Notes under the pieces: generated by a model | Told to the model about the DNA's origin: nothing | Seen by the model: the letters and a program-made list of their open reading frames with translations, nothing else | The model's database searches: none | Origin: Oligoflexia bacterium | GTDB taxonomy: Bacteria; Bdellovibrionota; UBA1018 | Length of the DNA stretch: 24,823 nucleotides | NCBI GenBank assembly: GCA_043732485.1 | Contig: JAYTHP010000210.1 | Span: 1 to 24,823, forward strand | Direction of reading: 5' to 3' | Made by a program: the position numbers and the translations under genes | Shown: piece by piece, positions 1 to 7,265 of the stretch | Position numbering within the stretch: the first letter of the stretch is position 1 | How the letters are laid out: every line of letters starts with the position of its first letter

Positions 1-26
1 TCCTTCTCCTTCTCCTTCTCCTTCTC
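1..26. repeat. (CCTTCT)n hexanucleotide tandem repeat encoding Pro-Ser in the MFS central loop
   Basis: tccttctccttctccttctccttctc read directly; may extend beyond the window edge. Confidence 0.9.
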
Positions 27-679
27 AGGACGCGCTTCCTCAGGCGCCGCAAGCCGGGAAACCTACGGTGGCTTGGTCGCCGTGGGAGAACGTGAAGCAC
101 ATTTTTGCGTTGCGGCATCAACAGGGGGACGTCACGTTTTATTACCTGGTGTTCTTTGGCGTGACGTTGGCGTTTACCATGCTGGAGTCGACTTTTTCCT
201 TACTGTTTCAAAGCAAGTTTCACTTTGCCACTGCGCAAGCGGGCCTCAAGACTGGGCTCGTGCTGATGGCTTCCGGGCTGGTGGGTGCGCTGGTTCAAGG
301 TTGGCTAATTCGTAAATGGGTGCCTCGGTGGGGTGAAGTGCGCCTACTGATGGTGGGTCTTTTGCTGAACACCGTGACCTTAAGTGTGATGCCCTACTTG
401 CCGAGCTATGAAAGTTATTTTTTGATCGTCTTGCCCTTGTCGTTAGGAACGGGGCTCGTGAACCCGGCGCTTGCGGCCTTGATTTCGCGAAGCGCAGCAA
501 GCAACGAGCAAGGCAGTACCTTGGGGATGTCGCAAGCGCTCTCCAGTCTGGCACGCTGTATCGGTCCTTTCTTAGGATTACTCAGCTTTGATTACGCGCC
601 AAGCCTCCCCTATGGGCTTGCCGCAGGGTTGACTTTTTTCTTATGGCTGCTTTCCGTGTGGAAAACAGCGGCTGTCTGA
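2..679 (+). CDS. MFS transporter (TetA/DHA1-like), C-terminal half; 5' end lies outside the window
   Basis: The frame is open from position 2 (PSPSPSPSQDALPQ...). About six hydrophobic helices, with MFS C-domain motifs 'PRWGEVRLL' and 'PALAALISRSAASNEQGSTLGMSQALSSLARCIGP'. Confidence 0.88.
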   Translation, partial: PSPSPSPSQDALPQAPQAGKPTVAWSPWENVKHIFALRHQQGDVTFYYLVFFGVTLAFTMLESTFSLLFQSKFHFATAQAGLKTGLVLMASGLVGALVQGWLIRKWVPRWGEVRLLMVGLLLNTVTLSVMPYLPSYESYFLIVLPLSLGTGLVNPALAALISRSAASNEQGSTLGMSQALSSLARCIGPFLGLLSFDYAPSLPYGLAAGLTFFLWLLSVWKTAAV

Positions 680-800
680 CGGAGACCTGCCTTCGCTTTT
701 TCTTCTTCAAAGAGTGCTTTTTTCTAGGAGACTTTTTTTATTCTTTGGTACGCTGAAAAGACTGATTAAGCCCCATTGCTAGAGAAAGTCTGACAAAAAA

Positions 801-2498
801 ATGCAAAAAAAGCTTAGTAAAAAAATAACTTTCAATCTCATTTTGTTTTTGATGAGCGGAATAGCAGGCTGCGTGCAGCGCTTTTCTTTTCGTAGCCTGC
901 CGAATCTCCAGATCCCGCTACCGCAGATCAGTCAAGCGGGGCCCACGAGCTTGCCTTCCGGGCTGGCCTCGGGGAATGGCTCGACGCTGCTACCGCCTCC
1001 CCCTGCGCCTGGCCCAGGTACGACAGGCGGCACGGGTGGGGGCACGACAACGACGACAGGGACTCCAGGGGCCAGCACGACGGGCACCACCACCCCAGCC
1101 AGTGGAGGTTCGGGGGTTTCGATGACGACCGCTCCCCCCCCCGCTCCCCCCAGTGGCAATAATGGTGGGGCTAGCGCTGCAGGGACAATGACGTCCGTCG
1201 CCCCGTCTTCCCAGCAGGGGTCCTTTTTTGTCTTCATGTCGGGGCAGTCTAATTCCGCTGGTTCAGGGTCGCAGTATACGAATGGGCAGTTAGCGAATCT
1301 TGCCACCGTGGTGTTAAATTCTTCAGGAGTCGCTGTGCCTGGGCCCTACAGTAACCCCGCCCCTTCTTGGTCCAATTGGAGTCGCTATCAAAACTATTCG
1401 GCGTCAGCCATGCGTCTGAATTACTTTTTCGCTGACGGTTTTCCGGGGACGAGCCCGCCTGGCAGCCCGCAAGGTACGGGGAATGGATCGGCGCAGTTGC
1501 TGTTGCCCTATTTCGGGATCAATGGCGGAAGCAGTGGCACCTTTGGCGCAGAAATCGGCATCGTCGGATCGCTGGTTGCTAATAACCAAGCCAGTGCCGT
1601 GCCGCCGCTTGCCGTGCAAACAACGACGATCTTTAAACTGCCTGATTCGGGGCAATTGATGCAGGCTTTTTTAAAGAGTTATGACACCAGCTACGGCTGT
1701 CAGGCCTGTTCTGGTAATGCTTGTTGCAATGCCTGGAGTGGGGTGATTTTTTCATCTGATAACGCCTCGTTTATCAATCAAAAAAGTGACGGCGCCGGTT
1801 TCGTCAATGCCGCCTTACAAAAATGGCAGCCAGGCGGTTACCCTGCCAGTCAGTCAGGCCCTTCGGCGTATAGTGTGCCTTATACCCATACGTTTTTTGT
1901 TTGGCATCAAGGGGAATCTGACGCCTGCCAGGTGTTTGCTTTCAATTATCAAGAAAATTTACAAAGTGTGGTGCGCCAGGTGGCAAGTCAGCTGGCTGCT
2001 GATTACCCTGCGGCAGCTCACTGGAACATCATTCAGACCTTGCAACCTATGGCGTTTCCAAGCCTCACGGGCTGCTGGAACGCAGTGATCAATGGTCAGA
2101 TTGCAGCTGTGGTGGGACCGACGGTCGGTGTCCAGGGGCTTGCCAATGGTGGGTTGAATGCCGGACAAATCGCTGATGTTGCCAACCACACGGTGGTGTT
2201 GGTGCTGGATAATTCCATGGCCACCGTTTCCATTGCGTCGGGTGAGAACGTGCACCTTGATAGTCACTCGCAGCTGGCCATGGGCGAGTGTACCGGGCAA
2301 TTGATGGCGCAGCTTGCCCTGCTGCCTATAGGCGCGGGGATCACTTCACCCGCGCAGCGGGTATTTCGCTGCTCACTGAATATTGGTAATAGTCCGGGCG
2401 CGCAGTTTCAAGGGGTGCTCAGTCAGCCATCGGGTAATTTGCCGCAGCCCCTGGATACCAGCAGTTGTCCTTTGATTGTGCCTGCTATCAGTAATTAG
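801..2498 (+). CDS. Lipoprotein with Pro/Gly/Thr-rich linker and SGNH-type sialate O-acetylesterase (SASA/CE6-like) domain
   Basis: Basic N-terminus, hydrophobic stretch and lipobox IAG-C24. Block I 'FVFMSGQSNSAG', 'FGAEIG', block III 'FVWHQGESDA', block V-like 'ENVH'. Confidence 0.8.
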   Translation: MQKKLSKKITFNLILFLMSGIAGCVQRFSFRSLPNLQIPLPQISQAGPTSLPSGLASGNGSTLLPPPPAPGPGTTGGTGGGTTTTTGTPGASTTGTTTPASGGSGVSMTTAPPPAPPSGNNGGASAAGTMTSVAPSSQQGSFFVFMSGQSNSAGSGSQYTNGQLANLATVVLNSSGVAVPGPYSNPAPSWSNWSRYQNYSASAMRLNYFFADGFPGTSPPGSPQGTGNGSAQLLLPYFGINGGSSGTFGAEIGIVGSLVANNQASAVPPLAVQTTTIFKLPDSGQLMQAFLKSYDTSYGCQACSGNACCNAWSGVIFSSDNASFINQKSDGAGFVNAALQKWQPGGYPASQSGPSAYSVPYTHTFFVWHQGESDACQVFAFNYQENLQSVVRQVASQLAADYPAAAHWNIIQTLQPMAFPSLTGCWNAVINGQIAAVVGPTVGVQGLANGGLNAGQIADVANHTVVLVLDNSMATVSIASGENVHLDSHSQLAMGECTGQLMAQLALLPIGAGITSPAQRVFRCSLNIGNSPGAQFQGVLSQPSGNLPQPLDTSSCPLIVPAISN

Positions 2499-2971
2499 AA
2501 AATTCACGGGTGGGAAGATGTACAAGCTCAACAAGCTGCTGGCTTGCGCGCTTGTCCGGAGGTTTGTTCTTTCTTTCTTTCTTTTGCCTCCCCTCTCCTC
2601 CCCTCTCCTCTCCTTTTCTTTTCTTTATTCTTTTTAGCGCCTTAGAGCGTAGTGCACTAAAGTCTCAGTCATTAAGAGTAAAGTTCCGATTGCATTCCCA
2701 TTGCTCCCTCATTGTTCCAGTGCTGCTTTGCGCGCGAGTGACCCAGGTGTCCTAATTTTTCTTTTTCCCCCAAAACAATTCGCTGTAATTACACTCCTGG
2801 CGTGAGGCGTCTCAAGACCTAGGTCGTTGGGGACACAACTCGATTCTGGTGTGTGCGTACTTTATTATAAGAAGAGTCGACTACGCTCTGAGTGAAGCGA
2901 GCTTAAATTGATCTTTATCTCCTGTGGTTTAGAGCAAAGCGCGCAAGAGAAAACCCTGCGGAATAATTTTT

Positions 2972-3949
2972 ATGAACCAAAAAAATATTAGTGAATACTC
3001 TTTGCCGTTTGAAATTGCTGAAGCTGAGCGCTTGGAAGCAAGGAGGGGCAGCCGCAAGGCAGAGCAAAAAAAACATCACCCAAACCGTAGCCCAAACCGT
3101 GAAAAGACCGCAACTGCCGTCCTTGGAAGACTTGCAGTTTTTTTCACCACCTCCTCTGGGGGGTGGTTGTTCAGGGTGCTTCAGGTGCTAGGCAGTCTTG
3201 GATTACTGGTCTTTTTGATACTATGCGACGGTAGTAGGCTGGCTTGGAGTCAGAACGGCGGCGAGGATTTATCAAGGCAGCAGCGTTCTTTAAGTCCACA
3301 GCACTTTGTGCTCAGGTCGCAGCACGAATGGTCTCAAAAATTTGGGGCCTCTCCTGCCGGTGCCACGCTTGCTCCTTGGGGCTTATGGAGCGGCCGATGC
3401 GGGGCCGAAGGCGCGCGGGGGCTTGCGATGGCGGATCCCGAGTTTTCTCAGTTTTTAGGGATCAAGCAGCAGCTACCGTCTGGGGGCAGCACCATTGACG
3501 TGCCGCCAGGCAAGCGGTCCACAAAAGTGCGCCAGACCGAGAGATCAGCAAGGACGAAAAGTACGCCAAAGGTGTTCCTAGCGACCTCTGACCCCTACGC
3601 TCAGGCTTGCCACGGCCCGCGGTTATGGTCTCAAGTTTATGATTTTGATGCTTTTTACCCTAATCTCAGGATTGGTCAAATTGGCCCAGTTCGGGCGGGG
3701 GTGTCGCCTGATGAGGGGACGTCAACGGTTGCCGATCAAGAGCAGGTTTTTGAAGGGGTGGCGCAGGGTCATGAGCAGGGTCATGAGCAGGGTCATAAAG
3801 ATCGCTTCGCTACTCAAGACGCTGGGCTTGCTTTTAGTGCCAAGCAAGTGGCAGAGGCCACCTTCAACGGCAATGAGCAGAGTAATTCCTTCAGCCTGAG
3901 GCAGCATCCTTTGTATGTGCAGCCGGTGGTTCAGCTATTAAGCTTTTAA
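2972..3949 (+). CDS. Hypothetical protein with one N-proximal hydrophobic segment
   Basis: 325-codon ORF with ATG after an AT-rich intergenic region; hydrophobic 'VLQVLGSLGLLVFLILC'; no family motif recognised. Confidence 0.6.
   Translation: MNQKNISEYSLPFEIAEAERLEARRGSRKAEQKKHHPNRSPNREKTATAVLGRLAVFFTTSSGGWLFRVLQVLGSLGLLVFLILCDGSRLAWSQNGGEDLSRQQRSLSPQHFVLRSQHEWSQKFGASPAGATLAPWGLWSGRCGAEGARGLAMADPEFSQFLGIKQQLPSGGSTIDVPPGKRSTKVRQTERSARTKSTPKVFLATSDPYAQACHGPRLWSQVYDFDAFYPNLRIGQIGPVRAGVSPDEGTSTVADQEQVFEGVAQGHEQGHEQGHKDRFATQDAGLAFSAKQVAEATFNGNEQSNSFSLRQHPLYVQPVVQLLSF
3763..3796. repeat. 12-nt tandem repeat (GCAGGGTCATGA) x2.8 encoding QGHE repeats
   Basis: Seen directly. A second 12-nt duplication (CCCAAACCGTAG/CCCAAACCGTGA) lies at 3079-3102 in the same ORF. 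Confidence 0.9.
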
Positions 3950-4051
3950 GAGATCGTGAATCGGAGGCCGCAGCGGAGGTTTGATCGGATGCTGCGTCCG
4001 ATGGTTCTCCGGTGGTTTAAGGAAACTCCACGCCCCTCGAGACGCTAGGCG

Positions 4052-4894
4052 TCAATCAGCCGTCCTGCGCTCCAAACTAGGCAACTCCACGTTACTCCAG
4101 CTCCCTTCCCGGCCATCTGCTTGCTGGTGTCGCTCTAGGGATGCGCCGCCGTGGGATGGCTGCACCCAAAGCCCCCGCAGGGACGCTGCTGCACGCTCCA
4201 AAAGCTTAGTGGGCTGTGGATGGAGGAGGTCTTCAGGTTTTTTTGTTGAGGCAGTGATGGCAAGCGCAATGAGCCACCGGGGGTGGGCGACCAGTTGGAC
4301 GTCAAAGGACTGCCACCCTGTCTTGCGCGGCGTCTTGAGCACGAGGGTGCCTTGTTTGAGCGCGCGGTCCCAGGTGTGAAGCGCGTAGTGTTTCATGACT
4401 GTACCTGGGTTGTCGCGGTTGGCCTTGAAGGCCGCTTCCTTCAGGACCCACATCTCAAGCGGGCTTGCGCCAAGCTCCCGCTCCTCAGGCGCGGTGATCC
4501 GCTGATAAATCGGTTGTGACACGGCTCTACGGTGGTCCTCTAGGTCGACTCCCAGCGGCAGGTGCCAGGCAGCGGAGGGGGGGGACGGGGAAGAGGAGGC
4601 GACTGCGACGACCAGGAGGCAAGCAGGCTGACTCCAGGAAGAGTGCGTGGTGCTAAACAAGAGCGACGAGGAGCGCAAAGCAGCGTCAGGGCTCAGCTCC
4701 TGGCTGAGTTCGGCTTTAAAACGTGCGGTTTTTTCCCTCACTAAAGCGCGCTCAGCAGAAGCGTCAGGCAACGACTCGTACTCTAAAAAGCGCCAGTTGA
4801 AGCGCGGCGTCCCGGGGTTTTGAGTTCCTGGGGGACTCTCAATCGGGGAGTGGAGGCTTTCGGCTGGCAAAGCTGAGGGATTTGAAGCCTGCAT
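4052..4894 (-). CDS. 4'-phosphopantetheinyl transferase superfamily protein (Sfp/EntD-like)
   Basis: Motifs 'FSTTHS', 'LGVDLE', 'WVLKEAAFKA' match the SxSH, GxDxE and WxxKEAxxK signatures. Confidence 0.85.
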   Translation of the reverse strand: MQASNPSALPAESLHSPIESPPGTQNPGTPRFNWRFLEYESLPDASAERALVREKTARFKAELSQELSPDAALRSSSLLFSTTHSSWSQPACLLVVAVASSSPSPPSAAWHLPLGVDLEDHRRAVSQPIYQRITAPEERELGASPLEMWVLKEAAFKANRDNPGTVMKHYALHTWDRALKQGTLVLKTPRKTGWQSFDVQLVAHPRWLIALAITASTKKPEDLLHPQPTKLLERAAASLRGLWVQPSHGGASLERHQQADGREGSWSNVELPSLERRTAD

Positions 4895-4930
4895 CTTGCC
4901 AAACTACCAAGAAAATGGGATGAAGCCAAG

Positions 4931-5428
4931 ATGGTGTGGCTATTTAAAACAGAGCCAGAGAAATACTCTTTTGCTCAACTATTGCAGGATCAGCGCACAG
5001 GCTGGAACGGGGTGCGCAATTTCCAGGCGCGAAACTTTTTAAAGCAGGTGGCTGTCGGCGATCAGGTCTTGATCTATCACAGTGGCGGCGAAAGAGCCGT
5101 AGTAGGCATAGCGGTTGTGACTCGCGCAGCCTACCCCGATCCTGATCCGCAAAAGCCGGGTGAGTGGGTGCAAGTCGATTTGCAGCCGCACGAGCCCTTA
5201 GTGCGGGCGGTGAGTCTGGCGGAGCTGAAAAGCGAGCCGCAGTTGCAGCAGTTGCTGCTCATTCGGCAGTCGCGCCTATCGGTGATGCCGCTTGACGCGG
5301 CTGATTTTCAGTGGATCGTGAACAGGGGGCGTCAAAAAGCCGACCCAAAGCCTGCCGCCGGGAAAACAGCCGGAGCAAAACGGCAAGCCTCCCGCTTGCC
5401 TGCGACTCGGTTGAAGAAAACGCAATGA
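4931..5428 (+). CDS. EVE domain-containing protein (PUA-like) with basic C-terminal tail
   Basis: 'WLFKTEPEKYSF', 'WNGVRNFQARNFL', 'GDQVLIYHSG', 'RQSRLSVMP' are characteristic EVE/THYN1 motifs. Confidence 0.93.
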   Translation: MVWLFKTEPEKYSFAQLLQDQRTGWNGVRNFQARNFLKQVAVGDQVLIYHSGGERAVVGIAVVTRAAYPDPDPQKPGEWVQVDLQPHEPLVRAVSLAELKSEPQLQQLLLIRQSRLSVMPLDAADFQWIVNRGRQKADPKPAAGKTAGAKRQASRLPATRLKKTQ

Positions 5429-5940
5429 AAGCGGTGGGAGAAGAAGCCTTGAAAGACTGGGCACCGTTTCGGGTGGTGAGCGAAGAGAGTCAGTTACTCG
5501 CACCGCGCTCCTTGAAAACGCTTGCAGGGGTCGGAGATCGCCTACGCGCCGCTGCTTTTGCAGAAATTCAAGCGCGCGAAGCTTTCTTGTGGGCAGCCAC
5601 GCGCTGGGCAGCCGAGGGGAGTGAGTTACAAGTCGCTTGGCGCAAGCTTGCAGCTGAGGAAGCCAAGCATTTGAGCTGGTTGCTGGAGCGTCTGCAGCAG
5701 CTGTCGCTTGAGGTGGCGGAGCGGCCGGTATCGGATCGTTTGTGGCGCTCGTTTCAGGGCTGCCAAAGTGGTGGCGAATTTGCCCGCTTTATGGCCTCTT
5801 CTGAAAGTCGCGGTCAAAAGGCCGGTGAGCGCTTTTGTGCTGAGTTGAAGACGCAAGATCCGGTGAGCGCCGAGTTGTTTGGGTTGATTGCTTTTGAGGA
5901 GCAAGAGCACATTCGCTTAGCGCAGCAATTTTTCCCTTAA
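5425..5940 (+). CDS. Ferritin-like di-iron four-helix-bundle protein (DUF455-like)
   Basis: ATG at 5425 overlaps the EVE stop (ATGA). Ligand pattern E(AEIQA)...EEAKH...E(SESRG)...EEQEH parallels DUF455 'IEFNA/EEARH/LEARG/DEIGH'. Confidence 0.78.
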   Translation: MKAVGEEALKDWAPFRVVSEESQLLAPRSLKTLAGVGDRLRAAAFAEIQAREAFLWAATRWAAEGSELQVAWRKLAAEEAKHLSWLLERLQQLSLEVAERPVSDRLWRSFQGCQSGGEFARFMASSESRGQKAGERFCAELKTQDPVSAELFGLIAFEEQEHIRLAQQFFP

Positions 5941-5943
5941 AAC

Positions 5944-5983
5944 AGCCAGTGCGGGGAGCGTTGGCCCTCCTCACTGGCTTGTT
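5944..5983. terminator. Stem-loop between convergent genes, possible terminator
   Basis: AGCCAGTG (5944-5951) pairs with CACTGGCT (5972-5979), with inner GGAG/CTCC pairing. It lies directly after the 5940 stop; the U-tail is weak. Confidence 0.4.
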
Positions 5984-6036
5984 TCAAGAATGAGAAGCCC
6001 TGAGGCCTCAGTACTTTTTGCAAAGGCGCGATGAGG

Positions 6037-6573
6037 CTACTGTACTTGCGTAAGATCATAGATCAAGGCTGCAGTGGGGTCATTGCAGCCACCTTGCTCG
6101 GTGGTAGAGGTGAGCTCTACTTTGTTGCTGCTTTGAGAAAACGTAAACACAACAGGATTACTGGTTAATGTGCCGCACCCCAATTCACTTGGGCAGCCAC
6201 TAGAACAGTTCAGTATTTGAGAGTTTCGAGTAAAGGTGTTTTGCGATCCATAAGTAATAGACCAGGTATCATTGGCGCTGCATCCAGTAGGAAACAAACC
6301 TGGTGAAAGTTGAAAAACTACTGTGCTTCCTGAGACAGTAACACTAGATCCTGAAGCAGCAGCAGCGTTAGCTGAGGGAGTTCCTGTTGAGCAGCTCAAG
6401 GTGAGCGTATAACTTCCATTAGCAATCGAGCTACTGTTAGCAATCGAGCTACTGTTAGGAGTGGATGCACCTTTGCCGCAGCCCGAGATGGGCGAGGCGA
6501 GCAAAAGAAACAGTAGGTAGGAGATGATTTTTTTAGGGCTCCTAAAAATTTTCAGGTTAGTTTGGGTCGTCAT
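6037..6573 (-). CDS. Hypothetical Cys-rich lipoprotein
   Basis: Signal 'KKIISYLLFLLLASPISG-C', Ser-rich linker, beta-strand-like pattern and six further Cys; visibly more AT-rich than the gsp genes. Confidence 0.8.
   Translation of the reverse strand: MTTQTNLKIFRSPKKIISYLLFLLLASPISGCGKGASTPNSSSIANSSSIANGSYTLTLSCSTGTPSANAAAASGSSVTVSGSTVVFQLSPGLFPTGCSANDTWSITYGSQNTFTRNSQILNCSSGCPSELGCGTLTSNPVVFTFSQSSNKVELTSTTEQGGCNDPTAALIYDLTQVQ
6419..6458. repeat. 18-nt perfect tandem duplication (NSSSIA x2)
   Basis: TTAGCAATCGAGCTACTG at 6419-6436 and 6437-6454. Confidence 0.92.
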
Positions 6574-6753
6574 TGGTTAACGCAGCCTTTCCTTTGAAGA
6601 GAAACGATTGATACTGAACCTTTCGGAAAGATGAGCGAAATAATTGAGCGGTTTACTATTTTTATTGTTTTTTCAAGGCTTTAGATAAAAAAATCTCTGA
6701 GAGAGCGGTGTGTCTTTTTTAGTCTCTTTTAAAGCAACAGAAATTAGCCTTTG

Positions 6754-7232
6754 GCTTTTTTTTCTTTTCATCTGGGGCTTGACGATACTTTTTTGCAAGC
6801 AGCGCTTCTCTCTTAGGAGTTGGCCACCGACATCAGGAGAGCACAATGACCGTCCCTCATTTTCTCTTCCAGCGGAAACAACCGCCACCCGCCAACGATC
6901 ATGGCGCAGCAACTGTCACTTGAGAACGAACAGAAAATTTTTATCATTCAGGAGAAGGGTTTGCTCTGTGCGGCTGGGCTTTTTTGGCAAGCTTGGCCCG
7001 GGATGCGTTTTTCAGTGGGGAGTTTGTTGCAGGCGGCTCGGGGTTGACTGAGTGGGAGGCTACAACCGGACCTCGCAAATCTTCTCGCACCTTCTGTGTT
7101 GCAGAGTGACACTCTTTGCAGCAAGACCGAGGGTTGCAGGTTTTGGCTGAGCCTTGCAGTCGTCGCTTTTACAGCTTGGATCTGCTGTGGGGTTTGCCAC
7201 GCTCGAACCGCTCCGCCTTTTTGCTTTGTGCG
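6754..7232 (-). pseudogene. Degenerate tandem duplicate of the 3' ~460 bp of the gshB-like gene
   Basis: Colinear exact blocks at offsets of 504-526 bp: 6794-6808=7320-7334, 6859-6869=7378-7388, 6900-6907=7418-7425, 7027-7038=7546-7557, 7174-7194=7678-7698. Frameshifting indels are present. Confidence 0.9.
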
Positions 7233-7265
7233 ACAGCGACAGGTCACTGCTCCTCCGTCAAAGAG

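Noticed and set aside
2926..2936. GGTTTAGAGC resembling the start of a type II CRISPR repeat
   Set aside because: Single short match, no repeat-spacer periodicity and no cas genes.
5311..5424. Upstream extensions given for the ferritin-like ORF, and similarly for gspM (11288), gspK (14172) and gspE (19857)
   Set aside because: Each overlaps the preceding gene extensively; downstream ATGs near the previous stop codon fit better.
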